In this document: positions 10,294-21,361 of the stretch, piece by piece | Layout of the letters: every line of letters begins with the position of its first letter | Numbering within the stretch: position 1 is the first letter of the stretch | Virus record (IMG/VR): IMGVR_UViG_3300031774_002347 | DNA: 64,000 bases | Source: an uncultured virus (IMG/VR IMGVR_UViG_3300031774_002347) | Lineage: Duplodnaviria > Heunggongvirae > Uroviricota > Caudoviricetes | Direction: 5' to 3' (one strand) | The notes under the pieces: model-generated | The model's input: the letters and a program-made list of their open reading frames with translations, nothing else | What the model was told of the DNA's origin: nothing | Database searches by the model: none | Translations under genes and position numbers: made by a program

Positions 10294-11131
10294 AAAAATA
10301 ATAGTTTGTGATGGTGATAGTTGGACTTCAGGTGATATACTTGACCCTAAACTTGAAGAAATTGGTGAAACTTTTATAAACCACAAAGATAATGATGAGT
10401 ATAGATTACCAAGAGTTTGGCCACATAAACTTGGTGAACTTACAGATACAGAAGTTTTAAATACAGCAGTTGCTGGTAGTTCTAATGATAGTATAGTTAG
10501 AAGAATTATACCACAAATATTAGAGTTATTGAAAACACATAAACCAGAAGATTTATTTGTAATCATTGGTTGGTCATCACCAGAAAGAAAAGATTTTTTT
10601 CTTAATGCACACCGAAAGTATATTACACCAAGATGGGAAACTTTATATCCAGCAGAATTAGAACAAGAACAAATAAATGATGATATACAAAAATTTTACA
10701 CTACTTACTTAAAATATTTTTGGAACATAGAAGAATTTGCAAATAGATATTTACAACAAGTATTGTTGGTACATAATTTTTTAACAAGTAAAGGAATTAC
10801 TCATAAATTCTTTAATGCATTTTACGAAAGTTATGGAAAAGATTGGGGTGGAGATTTACACAAAAAATATTTTGATGCAAAACAAAGAGGATTGCCAGAT
10901 GTTGGTACGCCAGAATTGCAAGAAGAAATGGAAGATTTGTATGGGATAGTAGATAATTTATTATTTGAAGAGTATATGAATATCTATGATAAAAATTATA
11001 TAAAAGTTTCATTTAAAAGTCATTGTGATTCAATCACAAAAATATGGGGGGAGAAGTGGGATAACAATCACCCTAACGAAAAAATGCACGAACATTGGTC
11101 AGAATATCTCTATGGAGAACTTTTTAAATAA
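10283..11131 (+). CDS. SGNH/GDSL-like hydrolase or acyltransferase (DUF6071-like)
   Basis: 'GDSWT', 'AGSSN', 'IIGWSSPER', C-terminal 'NHPN'. Confidence 0.7.
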   Translation: MMNKKIIVCDGDSWTSGDILDPKLEEIGETFINHKDNDEYRLPRVWPHKLGELTDTEVLNTAVAGSSNDSIVRRIIPQILELLKTHKPEDLFVIIGWSSPERKDFFLNAHRKYITPRWETLYPAELEQEQINDDIQKFYTTYLKYFWNIEEFANRYLQQVLLVHNFLTSKGITHKFFNAFYESYGKDWGGDLHKKYFDAKQRGLPDVGTPELQEEMEDLYGIVDNLLFEEYMNIYDKNYIKVSFKSHCDSITKIWGEKWDNNHPNEKMHEHWSEYLYGELFK

Positions 11132-11967
11132 TGAAACTATTACTATGTGATGGTGATAGTTGGACTGCTGGTGATATTGTAGACCCAAACTTATTTGGTG
11201 ATAATTTAGCTGAAGTTCATCATCCAGATAATAACCAATATAGGTTACCAAGAGTTTGGCCACATAAGTTGGGAAAACTTTTAAATGTAGATGTTTTAAA
11301 TCAAAGTATTGCTGGTAGTTCTAATGATGGTATAGTTAGGAGAGTATTAGTAAGAGTTAATAAATTACTTAAAGAATATAATTCAGATGATTTGTTTGTT
11401 TTAATTGGATGGTCATCACCAGAAAGACGAGATTGGTTTATTGATACTCAATGGAGAACTATGTATCCTGCACAAATACATCAAGAATTTGATGTTCAAG
11501 CAATTGGAAAAAAATCTGAAGATTTAGCACAATTTTATAAAACATACTTAACACATTTTTGGGAAAAATCAGAATATATAGAAAGATACCTACAACAAAC
11601 TTTATTACTGCATTACTATTTAAAAAATAAAAATATTAAACATATGTTCTTTGATGCTTTCTATGAAAAAAAAATTGTAAAGAAAAGTAAATGGTTTGAA
11701 TCAAAAGGAGAATCAGAATTTACTGCAGGTGGAATGTATTGTGATGATGAAATACAAGAGGTTTTTTCTAAAGGTGTTATTTATGATGAGTTTAATTTAG
11801 TAAGAGATAATATATTTAAAGAAAAATCGTTTCGTAAATTTTTAATGATAGATAAGGAACATTTTGATGATAACTTATGGGATGGGTTTCATCCAAACGA
11901 AAAAGGACACGAACTTTGGGCAAAAGAATTATATAAGGATATAAATGATAAAATTAATAATATTTGA
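11131..11967 (+). CDS. SGNH/GDSL-like protein, tandem paralog
   Basis: 'GDSWT', shared 'YRLPRVWPHKLG', 'GFHPNEKGH'. Confidence 0.7.
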   Translation: MKLLLCDGDSWTAGDIVDPNLFGDNLAEVHHPDNNQYRLPRVWPHKLGKLLNVDVLNQSIAGSSNDGIVRRVLVRVNKLLKEYNSDDLFVLIGWSSPERRDWFIDTQWRTMYPAQIHQEFDVQAIGKKSEDLAQFYKTYLTHFWEKSEYIERYLQQTLLLHYYLKNKNIKHMFFDAFYEKKIVKKSKWFESKGESEFTAGGMYCDDEIQEVFSKGVIYDEFNLVRDNIFKEKSFRKFLMIDKEHFDDNLWDGFHPNEKGHELWAKELYKDINDKINNI

Positions 11968-13312
11968 TTTAGATGGTGTATTAGTAGATGCACGAGAGTT
12001 ACATTATAATGCTTTAAACAAAGCACTTGAATCTATTGATAAAAAATTTATCATACCAAGAGATGAACACCTATCTACATATGATGGATTATCCACCACT
12101 AAAAAATTAAATCTATTATCAGAAAATAAGAAGTTACCAAAAGAACTTCACGATAGTGTTTGGAGATTAAAACAAGAAAAGACACGACAGATAATAGATG
12201 GGTTTAGTATTGATAGTAGGATACAAGGTATATTACGAAGTTTAAAATCTGAGGGATATATGATTGCCTGTGCAACAAACTCTATACGAGAAACTGCAAA
12301 ACTACAATTAATAAGAAAAGGATTTTTTGAGTATATTGATTTTATGTACTCAAATCAAGATGTAACGAATCCAAAACCAAATTCAGAAATATATTTAAGA
12401 TGTATGTTGAGAGCACAAGTTAATCCAAATGAAACATTAATCATAGAGGATTCACATATAGGTAGAAAAGGTGCAATTGCAAGTGGTGGAGTGTTGTGTG
12501 GGGTAAAGGATACAACGGATGTTACTTATGATAGGATTAAAAAATACATACAAGAATCTAATAGTGAGATAAAACCAAAATGGCAAGGTGGTAAAATGAA
12601 TGTTTTAATTCCAATGGCAGGTGCTGGTTCAAGGTTTGAACAAGCAGGATATACATTTCCAAAACCAATGATTGATGTGAATGGTAAACCAATGATACAA
12701 GTTGTAGTGGATAGTTTAAACATTGATGCAAAATATATTTATGTTGTTCAAAAAGAACATTATGAAAAATATAATCTAAATCACTTTTTAAGATTAATAA
12801 CACCAAATTGTGAAATAGTTCAGATAGATAAAATGACAGAGGGTGCTGCATGTACTACATTATTAGCAAAAAAATATATTGATAATGATGAACCACTCTT
12901 AATTGCTAATTCAGACCAATACATTGAGTGGGATAGTAATGAGTTTATGTACTCAATGGTAGCAGATGATATAGATGGTGGTATATTAACTTTTACTGCA
13001 TCACATCCTAAGTGGAGTTTTGCAAAATTAAACAAAGAGGGTTTTGTAGAGAAAGTTGCAGAAAAAGAACCTATTAGTAATATAGCGACTGTGGGTATTT
13101 ACTTTTATAGTAAGGGTAGTGATTATATAAAATATACCGAACAAATGATTGAACGAGATATCAGAACTAATAATGAATTTTATGTTTGCCCAGTATTTAA
13201 TGAAGCAATTCAAGATGGAAAGAAAATAAAAATTTATCATATTGATAAAGAACAAATGTGGGGTATGGGAACACCAGAAGATTTAAAAAGGTTTATTGAT
13301 GAAAAATTTTAA
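11945..13312 (+). CDS. HAD phosphatase fused to sugar-phosphate nucleotidyltransferase-like domain
   Basis: 'FDLDGVL', 'KP', 'IIEDS'; then 'IPMAGAGSRF...PKPMIDVNGKPMI...TEGAA...NSDQ...GTPEDL'. Confidence 0.85.
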   Translation: MIKLIIFDLDGVLVDARELHYNALNKALESIDKKFIIPRDEHLSTYDGLSTTKKLNLLSENKKLPKELHDSVWRLKQEKTRQIIDGFSIDSRIQGILRSLKSEGYMIACATNSIRETAKLQLIRKGFFEYIDFMYSNQDVTNPKPNSEIYLRCMLRAQVNPNETLIIEDSHIGRKGAIASGGVLCGVKDTTDVTYDRIKKYIQESNSEIKPKWQGGKMNVLIPMAGAGSRFEQAGYTFPKPMIDVNGKPMIQVVVDSLNIDAKYIYVVQKEHYEKYNLNHFLRLITPNCEIVQIDKMTEGAACTTLLAKKYIDNDEPLLIANSDQYIEWDSNEFMYSMVADDIDGGILTFTASHPKWSFAKLNKEGFVEKVAEKEPISNIATVGIYFYSKGSDYIKYTEQMIERDIRTNNEFYVCPVFNEAIQDGKKIKIYHIDKEQMWGMGTPEDLKRFIDEKF

Positions 13313-14051
13313 AAACATATACATAAATGGTTGTAGTTTTACAGCTGGACATACTTTAGAAGAAAAAGATACTTGGCCTGAATTATTAAGTAAAAAATTA
13401 AATTTACAAAAAATTAATAAGTCAATAAATGGTCAATCTTTTGATTCTATATTTACAAATACAATTGCTCACCTAAGTAACTTAGATTCTAATGATACTC
13501 TTGTAGTGATTGGTAACACTTGGCCAACGAGGTACTCAATACCATTTCAAAATTTAAATGTAAACATTACACCCGCAGATATATGGGGACCAAAAGCAAA
13601 AACAAGTTTTTCAGATAAACTACATACAACCAGATTAGTATCACCATATGATATGAATTTAGATTGGGAGATTCGAAAACAATATTTAGATGATGAGAAC
13701 AATAGTACAAAACTTAAAAGGGGTTTAGATAAAGTTTGTATGTCATTTGTTAACTTTTATAAAAATTTAGTTAAATATGATAATGATTGGGAAAACAATC
13801 AAAAACTATATAATTATACAAAACTTTTAGCATTAAAATCTTTTTTAGAAGTAAATAAATTTAATTATAGGATTGTAGATTTTATTGTACCGAAAGAAAA
13901 ATTTGAAGTGTTTGATGTGGATAAACTTTATAATGATGATAACTATATTTATTTTGGTAAGGAGTGGAAAGGTAAGTATGTTGAGGGGCATCCAACAACA
14001 GAAGGTTGTATAAATATAAGTGAGGTTTTATATGATAGCTTTAATAGATAG
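13299..14051 (+). CDS. SGNH/GDSL-like protein
   Basis: 'NGCSFTAG', 'WP', C-terminal 'GHPT..G'. Confidence 0.65.
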   Translation: MKNFKNIYINGCSFTAGHTLEEKDTWPELLSKKLNLQKINKSINGQSFDSIFTNTIAHLSNLDSNDTLVVIGNTWPTRYSIPFQNLNVNITPADIWGPKAKTSFSDKLHTTRLVSPYDMNLDWEIRKQYLDDENNSTKLKRGLDKVCMSFVNFYKNLVKYDNDWENNQKLYNYTKLLALKSFLEVNKFNYRIVDFIVPKEKFEVFDVDKLYNDDNYIYFGKEWKGKYVEGHPTTEGCINISEVLYDSFNR

Positions 14052-15300
14052 ATTTAATCAAGTAAGTTTACACGACCCACCACCAGATATCGCAGATATA
14101 TATAAGGATGTCTCTGAAATAAATGAAATTGATAATCGTGGGTTTCCAATTTGTAGACCATTATTTAGTCATTCGAGTTTACCAAATGAATTAGGTTTAG
14201 AAATTATAAATAGAAATGAATTTGATTTTAAATCAGAGTTTAGTTATTATGTGCATGTACATCACAATCAAAAGTTATGGGCAAAACATATTGATTTGAT
14301 ACCAGAACAAATTTTAAATGAAGTTAGAAAAGGTACTTGTTGGTTAATATTTGATAATACATTAGAGGGTCATAGAATTGATGGTGATGAGTTATTAGTA
14401 CCATTATATAAAAGTATTAATAAATTAAAATTACCACACGATAAAATTGTATTTATAACAAATGATTTAGAAGCAGAAGATACTCACAAAAAATTAAAAA
14501 CATCAGATAAGATAAATATAATTTCATTTATGTGGAATGTACACGATGTAAAACGATTAGTTAATCATAAATTTTTAAGAAGAAAAATTAATGTAAAACA
14601 AGAATTACAATATAAAGAAAAACATTTAAAGAAAATAAAACCATTTTTAAAAGTTAATCGTACTAATCGTGAAGAGCGAGATTTATTTATGTTGTTTATA
14701 GAACACGAAGAATTGTATAAAAAATTTAAAATTAGTTTTCCACAATTTACTGAACAAGTATATCATTCAGCATTTAAAAAATATGTATCGAAAAAAACCA
14801 TTGATGGTTTGATAAATAAAATACCATTTGATATTGATAAAACTGATAAAACAAATCACGGAGAACCAGGTTATGGTGTAGGACAATTTAATGCAGATTT
14901 ACCATTTCAACCAATACATTATAAGAATACTTTTGTTAGTGTGGTTATGTGTGCGTTTCCACATACAGAAAATTGTTGTCACTTACATAGTTCTACTTTT
15001 AATCCAATTTATAGTGGACATCCAATTATACAATTTGGTCCTTACAAATCATTAGAAAGAATGAGAAAACTTGGATTCAAAACATTTGACAAATGGTGGG
15101 ACGAAAGTTATGATGATGAACCTAATAGTTGGAAGCGATTACAAATGATTATGGATTTAACTTTAAAATTAAGTAAACTCAATAATGAGGAGTGGATAGA
15201 GATATTGTGGGATATGAAAACTATTTTACAACATAATACCGATTTAATTAATACTTATAGTATAGAGAAAGAGTTATATAAAAAGGTTTACAAAAAATGA
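14032..15300 (+). CDS. Putative GT-B-type glycosyltransferase
   Basis: C-terminal 'TFNPI..GHPII.FG...L..LGFKTF..WWDESYD' resembles a recurrent phage GT-like family. Confidence 0.5.
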   Translation: MIALIDRFNQVSLHDPPPDIADIYKDVSEINEIDNRGFPICRPLFSHSSLPNELGLEIINRNEFDFKSEFSYYVHVHHNQKLWAKHIDLIPEQILNEVRKGTCWLIFDNTLEGHRIDGDELLVPLYKSINKLKLPHDKIVFITNDLEAEDTHKKLKTSDKINIISFMWNVHDVKRLVNHKFLRRKINVKQELQYKEKHLKKIKPFLKVNRTNREERDLFMLFIEHEELYKKFKISFPQFTEQVYHSAFKKYVSKKTIDGLINKIPFDIDKTDKTNHGEPGYGVGQFNADLPFQPIHYKNTFVSVVMCAFPHTENCCHLHSSTFNPIYSGHPIIQFGPYKSLERMRKLGFKTFDKWWDESYDDEPNSWKRLQMIMDLTLKLSKLNNEEWIEILWDMKTILQHNTDLINTYSIEKELYKKVYKK

Positions 15301-15800
15301 GATATCCATTAACATTAATTAAAGAAAATGATGTGTGTGCCGAGATTGGTGTTTGGAAAGGAGAAACTTCAGAATTAATATTGAAGAAACATCCACAAAA
15401 ATTACACTTAATTGACCCCTATATACACCAAGATTATATAGGTAGGAAGTATTCTATAGGTTACGGGTTTGATGTGGATGAAATGTATGAGATGGTTACT
15501 GATAAATTTAAAAATAATGAAAATGTTGTTTTACATAGAGAAAAATCTATAGATGTTGATTTTCCAAACGAATACTTTGATTGGATTTATATAGATGGAA
15601 ATCATAGTTATGAAGAAGTATTAGCTGATTTAAATCACTATTATCCACTTGTTAAAAAAGGTGGTTATTTGTGTGGAGATGATTATGGTTGGACTGATGT
15701 AAATTGTAGTAAGGGCCCAAAACCTGCAGTAGATTATTTTGTTGAGAATAATAATTTGGAGATTGAAATTAAAGGTGTTCAATATGTTATACAAGTATGA
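15297..15800 (+). CDS. Class I SAM methyltransferase (Methyltransf_24-like)
   Basis: 'AEIGVWKG', 'FDWIYIDGNHSY', 'GGYLCGDDY'. Confidence 0.85.
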   Translation: MRYPLTLIKENDVCAEIGVWKGETSELILKKHPQKLHLIDPYIHQDYIGRKYSIGYGFDVDEMYEMVTDKFKNNENVVLHREKSIDVDFPNEYFDWIYIDGNHSYEEVLADLNHYYPLVKKGGYLCGDDYGWTDVNCSKGPKPAVDYFVENNNLEIEIKGVQYVIQV

Positions 15801-16495
15801 TTAACCACGAACATAAATTTATATTCTTACATATTCCAAAAAATGCTGGAACAAGTATTGCAAAAGCATTAAATAGACAATGTGGAGTAACAGAACCATA
15901 TGAATCATTTAGAATACATTCTGATGATTTTGATAAAAAAATATGGAAAGAATATTTTGTATTTACATTTGTACGCAATCCTTTTGCAAGAATGTGGTCG
16001 CAGTACATATATCGAAATTGGTTATATGAAAAATATCCATTTAATGAAATCCTTGTAAATAATTTAGAACGAATTTTTGATATTGAAATGGAACAAAAGG
16101 AATCGGGTAGATATTACTACGGACCTGGTGCATCAAGAGAAAATAAAATAAAAGATAGAGAAAAGATAACTGCATTCTTTTCTGAAAAGATACATTGTGC
16201 AACACAAACTGATTTTTTAAAGGGTATGTATAGTGATGGTGTAGATAAACGACCTTATATAGATTATGTAGGTAGAGTGGAAACATTACAAACTGATTTT
16301 GATTTTGTTTGTGATAAGATTGGGATTGATAGGATTAAATTACCAAGAGAAAATCGTTCTATTGGTGGTGCAGTTCATACGGGTATAGATAATTACTTAG
16401 ATGCGTATGATGAAAATACTATAAGGAGTGTTGCTAAAAAATGTAGTGATGATATAAAGAATTATAAATATTATTTTGAGGGTTTTGATGAATGA
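15797..16495 (+). CDS. Sulfotransferase family 2-like protein
   Basis: 'FLHIPKNAGTSI' (5'-PSB) and 'FTFVRNPFAR..S' (3'-PB). Confidence 0.8.
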   Translation: MINHEHKFIFLHIPKNAGTSIAKALNRQCGVTEPYESFRIHSDDFDKKIWKEYFVFTFVRNPFARMWSQYIYRNWLYEKYPFNEILVNNLERIFDIEMEQKESGRYYYGPGASRENKIKDREKITAFFSEKIHCATQTDFLKGMYSDGVDKRPYIDYVGRVETLQTDFDFVCDKIGIDRIKLPRENRSIGGAVHTGIDNYLDAYDENTIRSVAKKCSDDIKNYKYYFEGFDE

Positions 16496-16919
16496 AAATT
16501 GGTTAAATGGTAAGTATAACCTAATTTATGTAGGTAAAGAAAAAGAAACACTTGTTACAGGAAGTGTACCAAAAAATGTTGTATTACATACAGGTAAGTT
16601 ATCTGATATTGCATTTAAAATCAGACAACAAGAATTGGATAATGATGAAGTGTTTAGTGGTAATTTGATTACTACTGAATCAGTTAGTAATATAGATTTT
16701 GATACTATATTTAAATTATCACTTGATGATAATTCACTTTATGTTAATTATTTTTTAAACTCACCACATGCAACTGAATGTGAGGTGGGTGATTCGTTAA
16801 TATATTGTAGTTCAATTGTGTTGTGGATGATATCACAATATGATAGAAATGATTATTCACTTTATGCAAACTTACGGAGAAATAGAGTAGTGTTAAAAAG
16901 ATTTGGAGATTATGTATGA
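16488..16919 (+). CDS. Hypothetical protein
   Basis: ORF translationally coupled on both sides. Confidence 0.6.
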   Translation: MNENWLNGKYNLIYVGKEKETLVTGSVPKNVVLHTGKLSDIAFKIRQQELDNDEVFSGNLITTESVSNIDFDTIFKLSLDDNSLYVNYFLNSPHATECEVGDSLIYCSSIVLWMISQYDRNDYSLYANLRRNRVVLKRFGDYV

Positions 16920-17686
16920 TAAAGTACGATAAGGTTGTCACATTTGGTTGTAGTTTTATGAATGGTGATGCTATTGAAAACACCAACGGCAGTCCAGCAG
17001 GAAAAGATTTTGCACCACATTTAGAACTTGGTAGATTATTTAATTGTAATAGTGAAAACAGAGCCAGTTCTGGTTTTAGTAATGAACGAATAGTAAAAAG
17101 GGTATATGAATGGATTGAGTCTAATAAAGAAAGTAAAAATACTTTATTTGTAATTGGGTTATCTGAACTTAGTAGGGTTATGATATATGCAGATATGGTT
17201 GAGAGGTTTTATGATTTACAACCTGGACAACTCGCTAGTTATAGTGCTGCTGCGTTAGAAAATAATGCAAGAAAATTTGGGAGTTCGAGTGGTGAGGAAT
17301 TAAAGTCTTATATGGCATACTATATAAAATACTTTTATAATGAAGAGGTAGAAATTAAAAAGTTACATAGAATGATTCTTGGTATGGATGCATACCTAAA
17401 CGCTAATAATATTGATTATATTGTATTTAATTCGTTACCTGCAAATCTTGATGGGATACGAGATAAAATTAATTTTATGTCGTTTAATGATGATGATTAT
17501 AGTGGTAGAGATACTTGGAATGATTTTCTTATGTGGCAAATGGAACATATTGATGGTAATGAGTATAATAATGAAATATACAGAAGTCCAAAACCACCAT
17601 ATGGTAAACGATATTGTAATGGACATCCATCACCAAATTCAATAAAAAAACTTTGTGAAAGAATTTATAAGGAATTAAACAAATGA
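16916..17686 (+). CDS. SGNH/GDSL-like protein
   Basis: 'FGCSFM.G', 'SGFSN.RI', 'GHPS'. Confidence 0.65.
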   Translation: MIKYDKVVTFGCSFMNGDAIENTNGSPAGKDFAPHLELGRLFNCNSENRASSGFSNERIVKRVYEWIESNKESKNTLFVIGLSELSRVMIYADMVERFYDLQPGQLASYSAAALENNARKFGSSSGEELKSYMAYYIKYFYNEEVEIKKLHRMILGMDAYLNANNIDYIVFNSLPANLDGIRDKINFMSFNDDDYSGRDTWNDFLMWQMEHIDGNEYNNEIYRSPKPPYGKRYCNGHPSPNSIKKLCERIYKELNK

Positions 17687-18498
17687 AGATGGCAGTTTGT
17701 CTAAGTGGTCAATTAAGACAGTGGGATTTAGCTGTAGATAACCAAAAGTGGTTTTGGGAAACTGCACAACAAAGTGGTGTAACTCAAATAGATTATTTTA
17801 TACATACTTGGAGTTATAGTGCAGATAGAGCAGGTGTTTCACAAGAGTACGAGTGGAGAGATATTGATAAAGAAGAATTTAAACAAATATGTGATGCATA
17901 TGAAGTTAAGGATTCAATGTATGATACAAGACCACAATCTTGGTTTTATGATTATGACCATTGGAGTGCATTATTTTATAGTTTTGCACATTCAATAATG
18001 ATGAAACGAAAATATGAATTAGAAAATAATTTTGAATATGATGTTGTTGTTAAATCAAGACCAGATATAATTTTTCATCCTAAATATACTTGTTGGTTAG
18101 AAACCTTATGGGATAATCAATTATTCAGTACACACGGCGGTGAAATGGGACACGAGTTCGGTATGTTTAATATAGATGATTGTGTTTTTTATTCTAACTC
18201 ATACACTATGGATAATATGATTAATATGTATCAGTATAGACAAAAGAATCTTGATTGTAGATTTAATAAAGAGGGTTTACCAGATAAAGAAAAGTTATCC
18301 ATACAGCAATTGGGGCCTGGAGTTTTAATGCATGAATATTGTAGAGAGTATGGAATAACACCAATAATAACTTCACCACACCGAGCACACTTTCAACCAA
18401 CATTATTAAAACTTGGTTGTCCAAGAGATTTAGATTTATTTAAAGCAAAAAGTTTTAATAAAATGAACAAATACTTTAGGGAGTTTTATACTAAATGA
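17683..18498 (+). CDS. Putative glycosyltransferase ('A.CLSGQ.R' family)
   Basis: 'MAVCLSGQLR', 'FIHTW', 'YDVVVKSRPD'. Confidence 0.6.
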   Translation: MKMAVCLSGQLRQWDLAVDNQKWFWETAQQSGVTQIDYFIHTWSYSADRAGVSQEYEWRDIDKEEFKQICDAYEVKDSMYDTRPQSWFYDYDHWSALFYSFAHSIMMKRKYELENNFEYDVVVKSRPDIIFHPKYTCWLETLWDNQLFSTHGGEMGHEFGMFNIDDCVFYSNSYTMDNMINMYQYRQKNLDCRFNKEGLPDKEKLSIQQLGPGVLMHEYCREYGITPIITSPHRAHFQPTLLKLGCPRDLDLFKAKSFNKMNKYFREFYTK

Positions 18499-19376
18499 AA
18501 ATAGCATTCATTGTTTGTTCCAACGGATATGGGCATTTCCATCGAATTTTGCAGGTCTGTGCACACTTTAATCATCACGAGGTAGATATCTATTGTGAGC
18601 AATACCAGTATAATAGATTTAAACCAAAACAATCAAATTTAAATTTTATCTTCTATAAAACATCAAACATACGATGGGATAATAAAGAAATTGGTTCACT
18701 TGATATTAAAAATTTAGATAAATATGATAAAGTAATTACTGATAATTTAGTAGAGGTATTGAAATATAGACCAGATGCATTATTAAGTGGTTCTTTTTTG
18801 TGGAGTGATGTATGGAGAGATAGGTTTGGTGATAATAACTTTTCAGATAAAGAGGATGAATTGTTTAATAGCGTAAAACCAAAAGTAATTTGTAATGGTG
18901 ATGTGGTTTTTGGTCAGTTACAAGATTATGAAAATAAAGTTGATATTGGTTGGGGATGTAAAGATGATAGTACAGAAGATTATAATTTGGACACAATAGT
19001 TTGTGTACCGCCATCATTAAATTATACTGATGATTATACGGATAAGTTTTATAAAATTCGAGAAGAGTATCAGAATGATTTTAATTTTAGTTTTAATATA
19101 AACCATACAGAAAATTCGATGTTTGTTATTAGACCTGGATTGGGGATGATAACTACTTGTGTATCTAAACGAATACCTATTGTTGCATTATGGGCAGATG
19201 AAGATTCAAGTGAGATAAAACATTTAGCTAAAAAAGTAGAAGAGTTAGGTATTGGAATAAGACAAAATGTTTATGATGATTTTATATTACCACCCGATGT
19301 AACAAAGTATAGAGAATCATTTAAAAAATTAAAATTAAATGGTTATTTAAAATTTGCAGGTTTAATAAATGATTAA
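18495..19376 (+). CDS. GT-B fold protein (GT28/PseG-like)
   Basis: 'SNGYGHFHR' and 'RPGLGMITTC...IP'. Confidence 0.6.
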   Translation: MKIAFIVCSNGYGHFHRILQVCAHFNHHEVDIYCEQYQYNRFKPKQSNLNFIFYKTSNIRWDNKEIGSLDIKNLDKYDKVITDNLVEVLKYRPDALLSGSFLWSDVWRDRFGDNNFSDKEDELFNSVKPKVICNGDVVFGQLQDYENKVDIGWGCKDDSTEDYNLDTIVCVPPSLNYTDDYTDKFYKIREEYQNDFNFSFNINHTENSMFVIRPGLGMITTCVSKRIPIVALWADEDSSEIKHLAKKVEELGIGIRQNVYDDFILPPDVTKYRESFKKLKLNGYLKFAGLIND

Positions 19377-20325
19377 AGAATTTGAACAATTAAAAAATTG
19401 GGATTTAACTACGATGGGATATTATAGTTATCTTGATTTTCAAAATCTTGCTGATGTAAGAAGTAAACATAAATGTAATATACATTCTGATTATTGGTGG
19501 TCAAAGGGTATTGGTAACCCATATGATAACGATGCTACTAATGTATCATATGTTTATAGGTGGTTTGACCCAAAACACAAAGATTGGAAAGATGAGCCTA
19601 CACACCAAAATCCTTATTGGTTAAACTATAGAGTGGATACATATATTCAACATTCAAAAACACAACCAGACCAATTATATGTAACTCAATCAGAAACAAG
19701 AGATGTAGCTACAAGAGATATAATTCTTTATTTAAATTTACCACTTGAATATTTTAGGGATGATGTTAAAAACACAACATACGGAGAATTTGATTATAAA
19801 GTGGTAGATAAATTTTTTAAGGAAATACATAAATTTATTGATGAACCTGATGCTTATAATAAGTTTAGAAATTTAGTTGATGAATACAATACAAAGTATC
19901 CAGAAACAAAACAATCTCAAATGGTATGGAGTAGAAATCTTGAAATGGATTTACACTGGTCGTTTAAAAAACACGGACAATTAAATATACCAGTTCTTGA
20001 TAGACCTTACAAATGGTTTGAGGGTTCATCACACACATTCTTTCACGCATGTTATTTAAAATGGGATAGTTTAAAAATGTTTGTAAAGGTGCCTCTAAGT
20101 GGAGACCCAAAACGATTAAGTGATAGTTGGTATTTTTATATACCACCAAATAATTTTTCACCAACACATTATAATAATAGTGAGATATTTTATATGTGTT
20201 ATATTGATATAAAAAATAAAAAGATTTATAGTAAAAAATATCCAATATCAGAGTTTGAATATTTTCGTTATAATTTAAAGGGATTAGATAAAAATTTATA
20301 TAAGGAGTGGGATAGGATATTATGA
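19369..20325 (+). CDS. Hypothetical protein with possible ParB/Srx-like domain
   Basis: 'SFKKHGQLNIPVL...FEGSSH'; resembles 22187 and 24193. Confidence 0.4.
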   Translation: MIKEFEQLKNWDLTTMGYYSYLDFQNLADVRSKHKCNIHSDYWWSKGIGNPYDNDATNVSYVYRWFDPKHKDWKDEPTHQNPYWLNYRVDTYIQHSKTQPDQLYVTQSETRDVATRDIILYLNLPLEYFRDDVKNTTYGEFDYKVVDKFFKEIHKFIDEPDAYNKFRNLVDEYNTKYPETKQSQMVWSRNLEMDLHWSFKKHGQLNIPVLDRPYKWFEGSSHTFFHACYLKWDSLKMFVKVPLSGDPKRLSDSWYFYIPPNNFSPTHYNNSEIFYMCYIDIKNKKIYSKKYPISEFEYFRYNLKGLDKNLYKEWDRIL

Positions 20326-21185
20326 ATATAATAAAAGGAGAGAAGTTTCAAGAATTGTGTGATGTATCTATAAGTAAAGATGAGCATAAAAAATTTGAAG
20401 CTAAGGATATAAATATAAAAAAAGATATTGATGTAGATACATTTGATTTTACAGATTATGATAATCCAGAATTAATATATTGTAATGTATCTTTATTAAA
20501 TACAACAAAACAAGTATTACTTGACTCGAAGTTATTAGATAAATTAAAACAATTTAAAAATCCATTTAAATTAGTTTTACATAATGCAGATGATGCATTT
20601 GGTTACAAACAATTACAGAATACCATATTAGATATACCAAATTGTAAACAAGTGTATAGTGTAAATGCTGATTGTGAGCATCCAAACATTACACCATTAC
20701 CAATTGGACAAGCAAATTATATGTGGACTTGGGGTAACGAGTGGACATTAATGGATGCAATAGATAATATACCACCAGAGAAAGATGGTCTTGTTTATGC
20801 AAACTTTACAATGACGGGAGAAGTTCGTGCAAAAGCAAGAGAGGAGTGTTATCAATCTTTAAAACGACAGGGAGTTAAATTTACAGAGAATCAAATTTAT
20901 CCTGATTACTTACAACGATTATCTACCTTTAAATATTGTACATCACCAAAAGGAAATGGAGTTGATTGTTATAGAATGTGGGAAGCACTTTATTTAAAAG
21001 TAGTTCCTATTTGTGAACGAAGTATATTAGTAGAAGAGTTTGCAAAAACATTTCCAATTAAAATTGTTGATACTTGGAATGATTTGGATATTAGTAAGTT
21101 AGAAGAGGAGTATGCTAATTATACTTGGGACAATTACGATTTATTAGATTTTGATAATTACATTAAACATATAGGATTAAAATGA
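20322..21185 (+). CDS. Exostosin/GT47-like glycosyltransferase
   Basis: 'KYCTSPKGNGVDCYRMWEALYLKVVPI'. Confidence 0.7.
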   Translation: MNIIKGEKFQELCDVSISKDEHKKFEAKDINIKKDIDVDTFDFTDYDNPELIYCNVSLLNTTKQVLLDSKLLDKLKQFKNPFKLVLHNADDAFGYKQLQNTILDIPNCKQVYSVNADCEHPNITPLPIGQANYMWTWGNEWTLMDAIDNIPPEKDGLVYANFTMTGEVRAKAREECYQSLKRQGVKFTENQIYPDYLQRLSTFKYCTSPKGNGVDCYRMWEALYLKVVPICERSILVEEFAKTFPIKIVDTWNDLDISKLEEEYANYTWDNYDLLDFDNYIKHIGLK

Positions 21186-21361
21186 AAACATCACCAATAG
21201 ATTCAGTAATAGTAGATATGATTTTAACACATTATAATATACAATCATTTACAGGTAAAAGTCAAGTACTTAGTGGAGAAGAGTTTGATAGGTTGGTAAA
21301 GGAAGCAGAACAAGAATATTATAAAAAAATTTTACGAGAAGAACCAAAAGGTACATCGTGA
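21182..21361 (+). CDS. Small hypothetical protein (59 aa, absent from ORF track)
   Basis: MKTSPIDSVIVDMILTHYNIQSF...EPKGTS; ATGA and GTGA overlaps with both neighbours. Confidence 0.7.
   Translation: MKTSPIDSVIVDMILTHYNIQSFTGKSQVLSGEEFDRLVKEAEQEYYKKILREEPKGTS

Noticed and set aside
11945..11974. 'MIKLIIFD' as another capsid-targeting peptide
   Set aside because: It is the beta-strand leading into the HAD DxD motif and lacks the D-[LI]-[LI]-x-E pattern.
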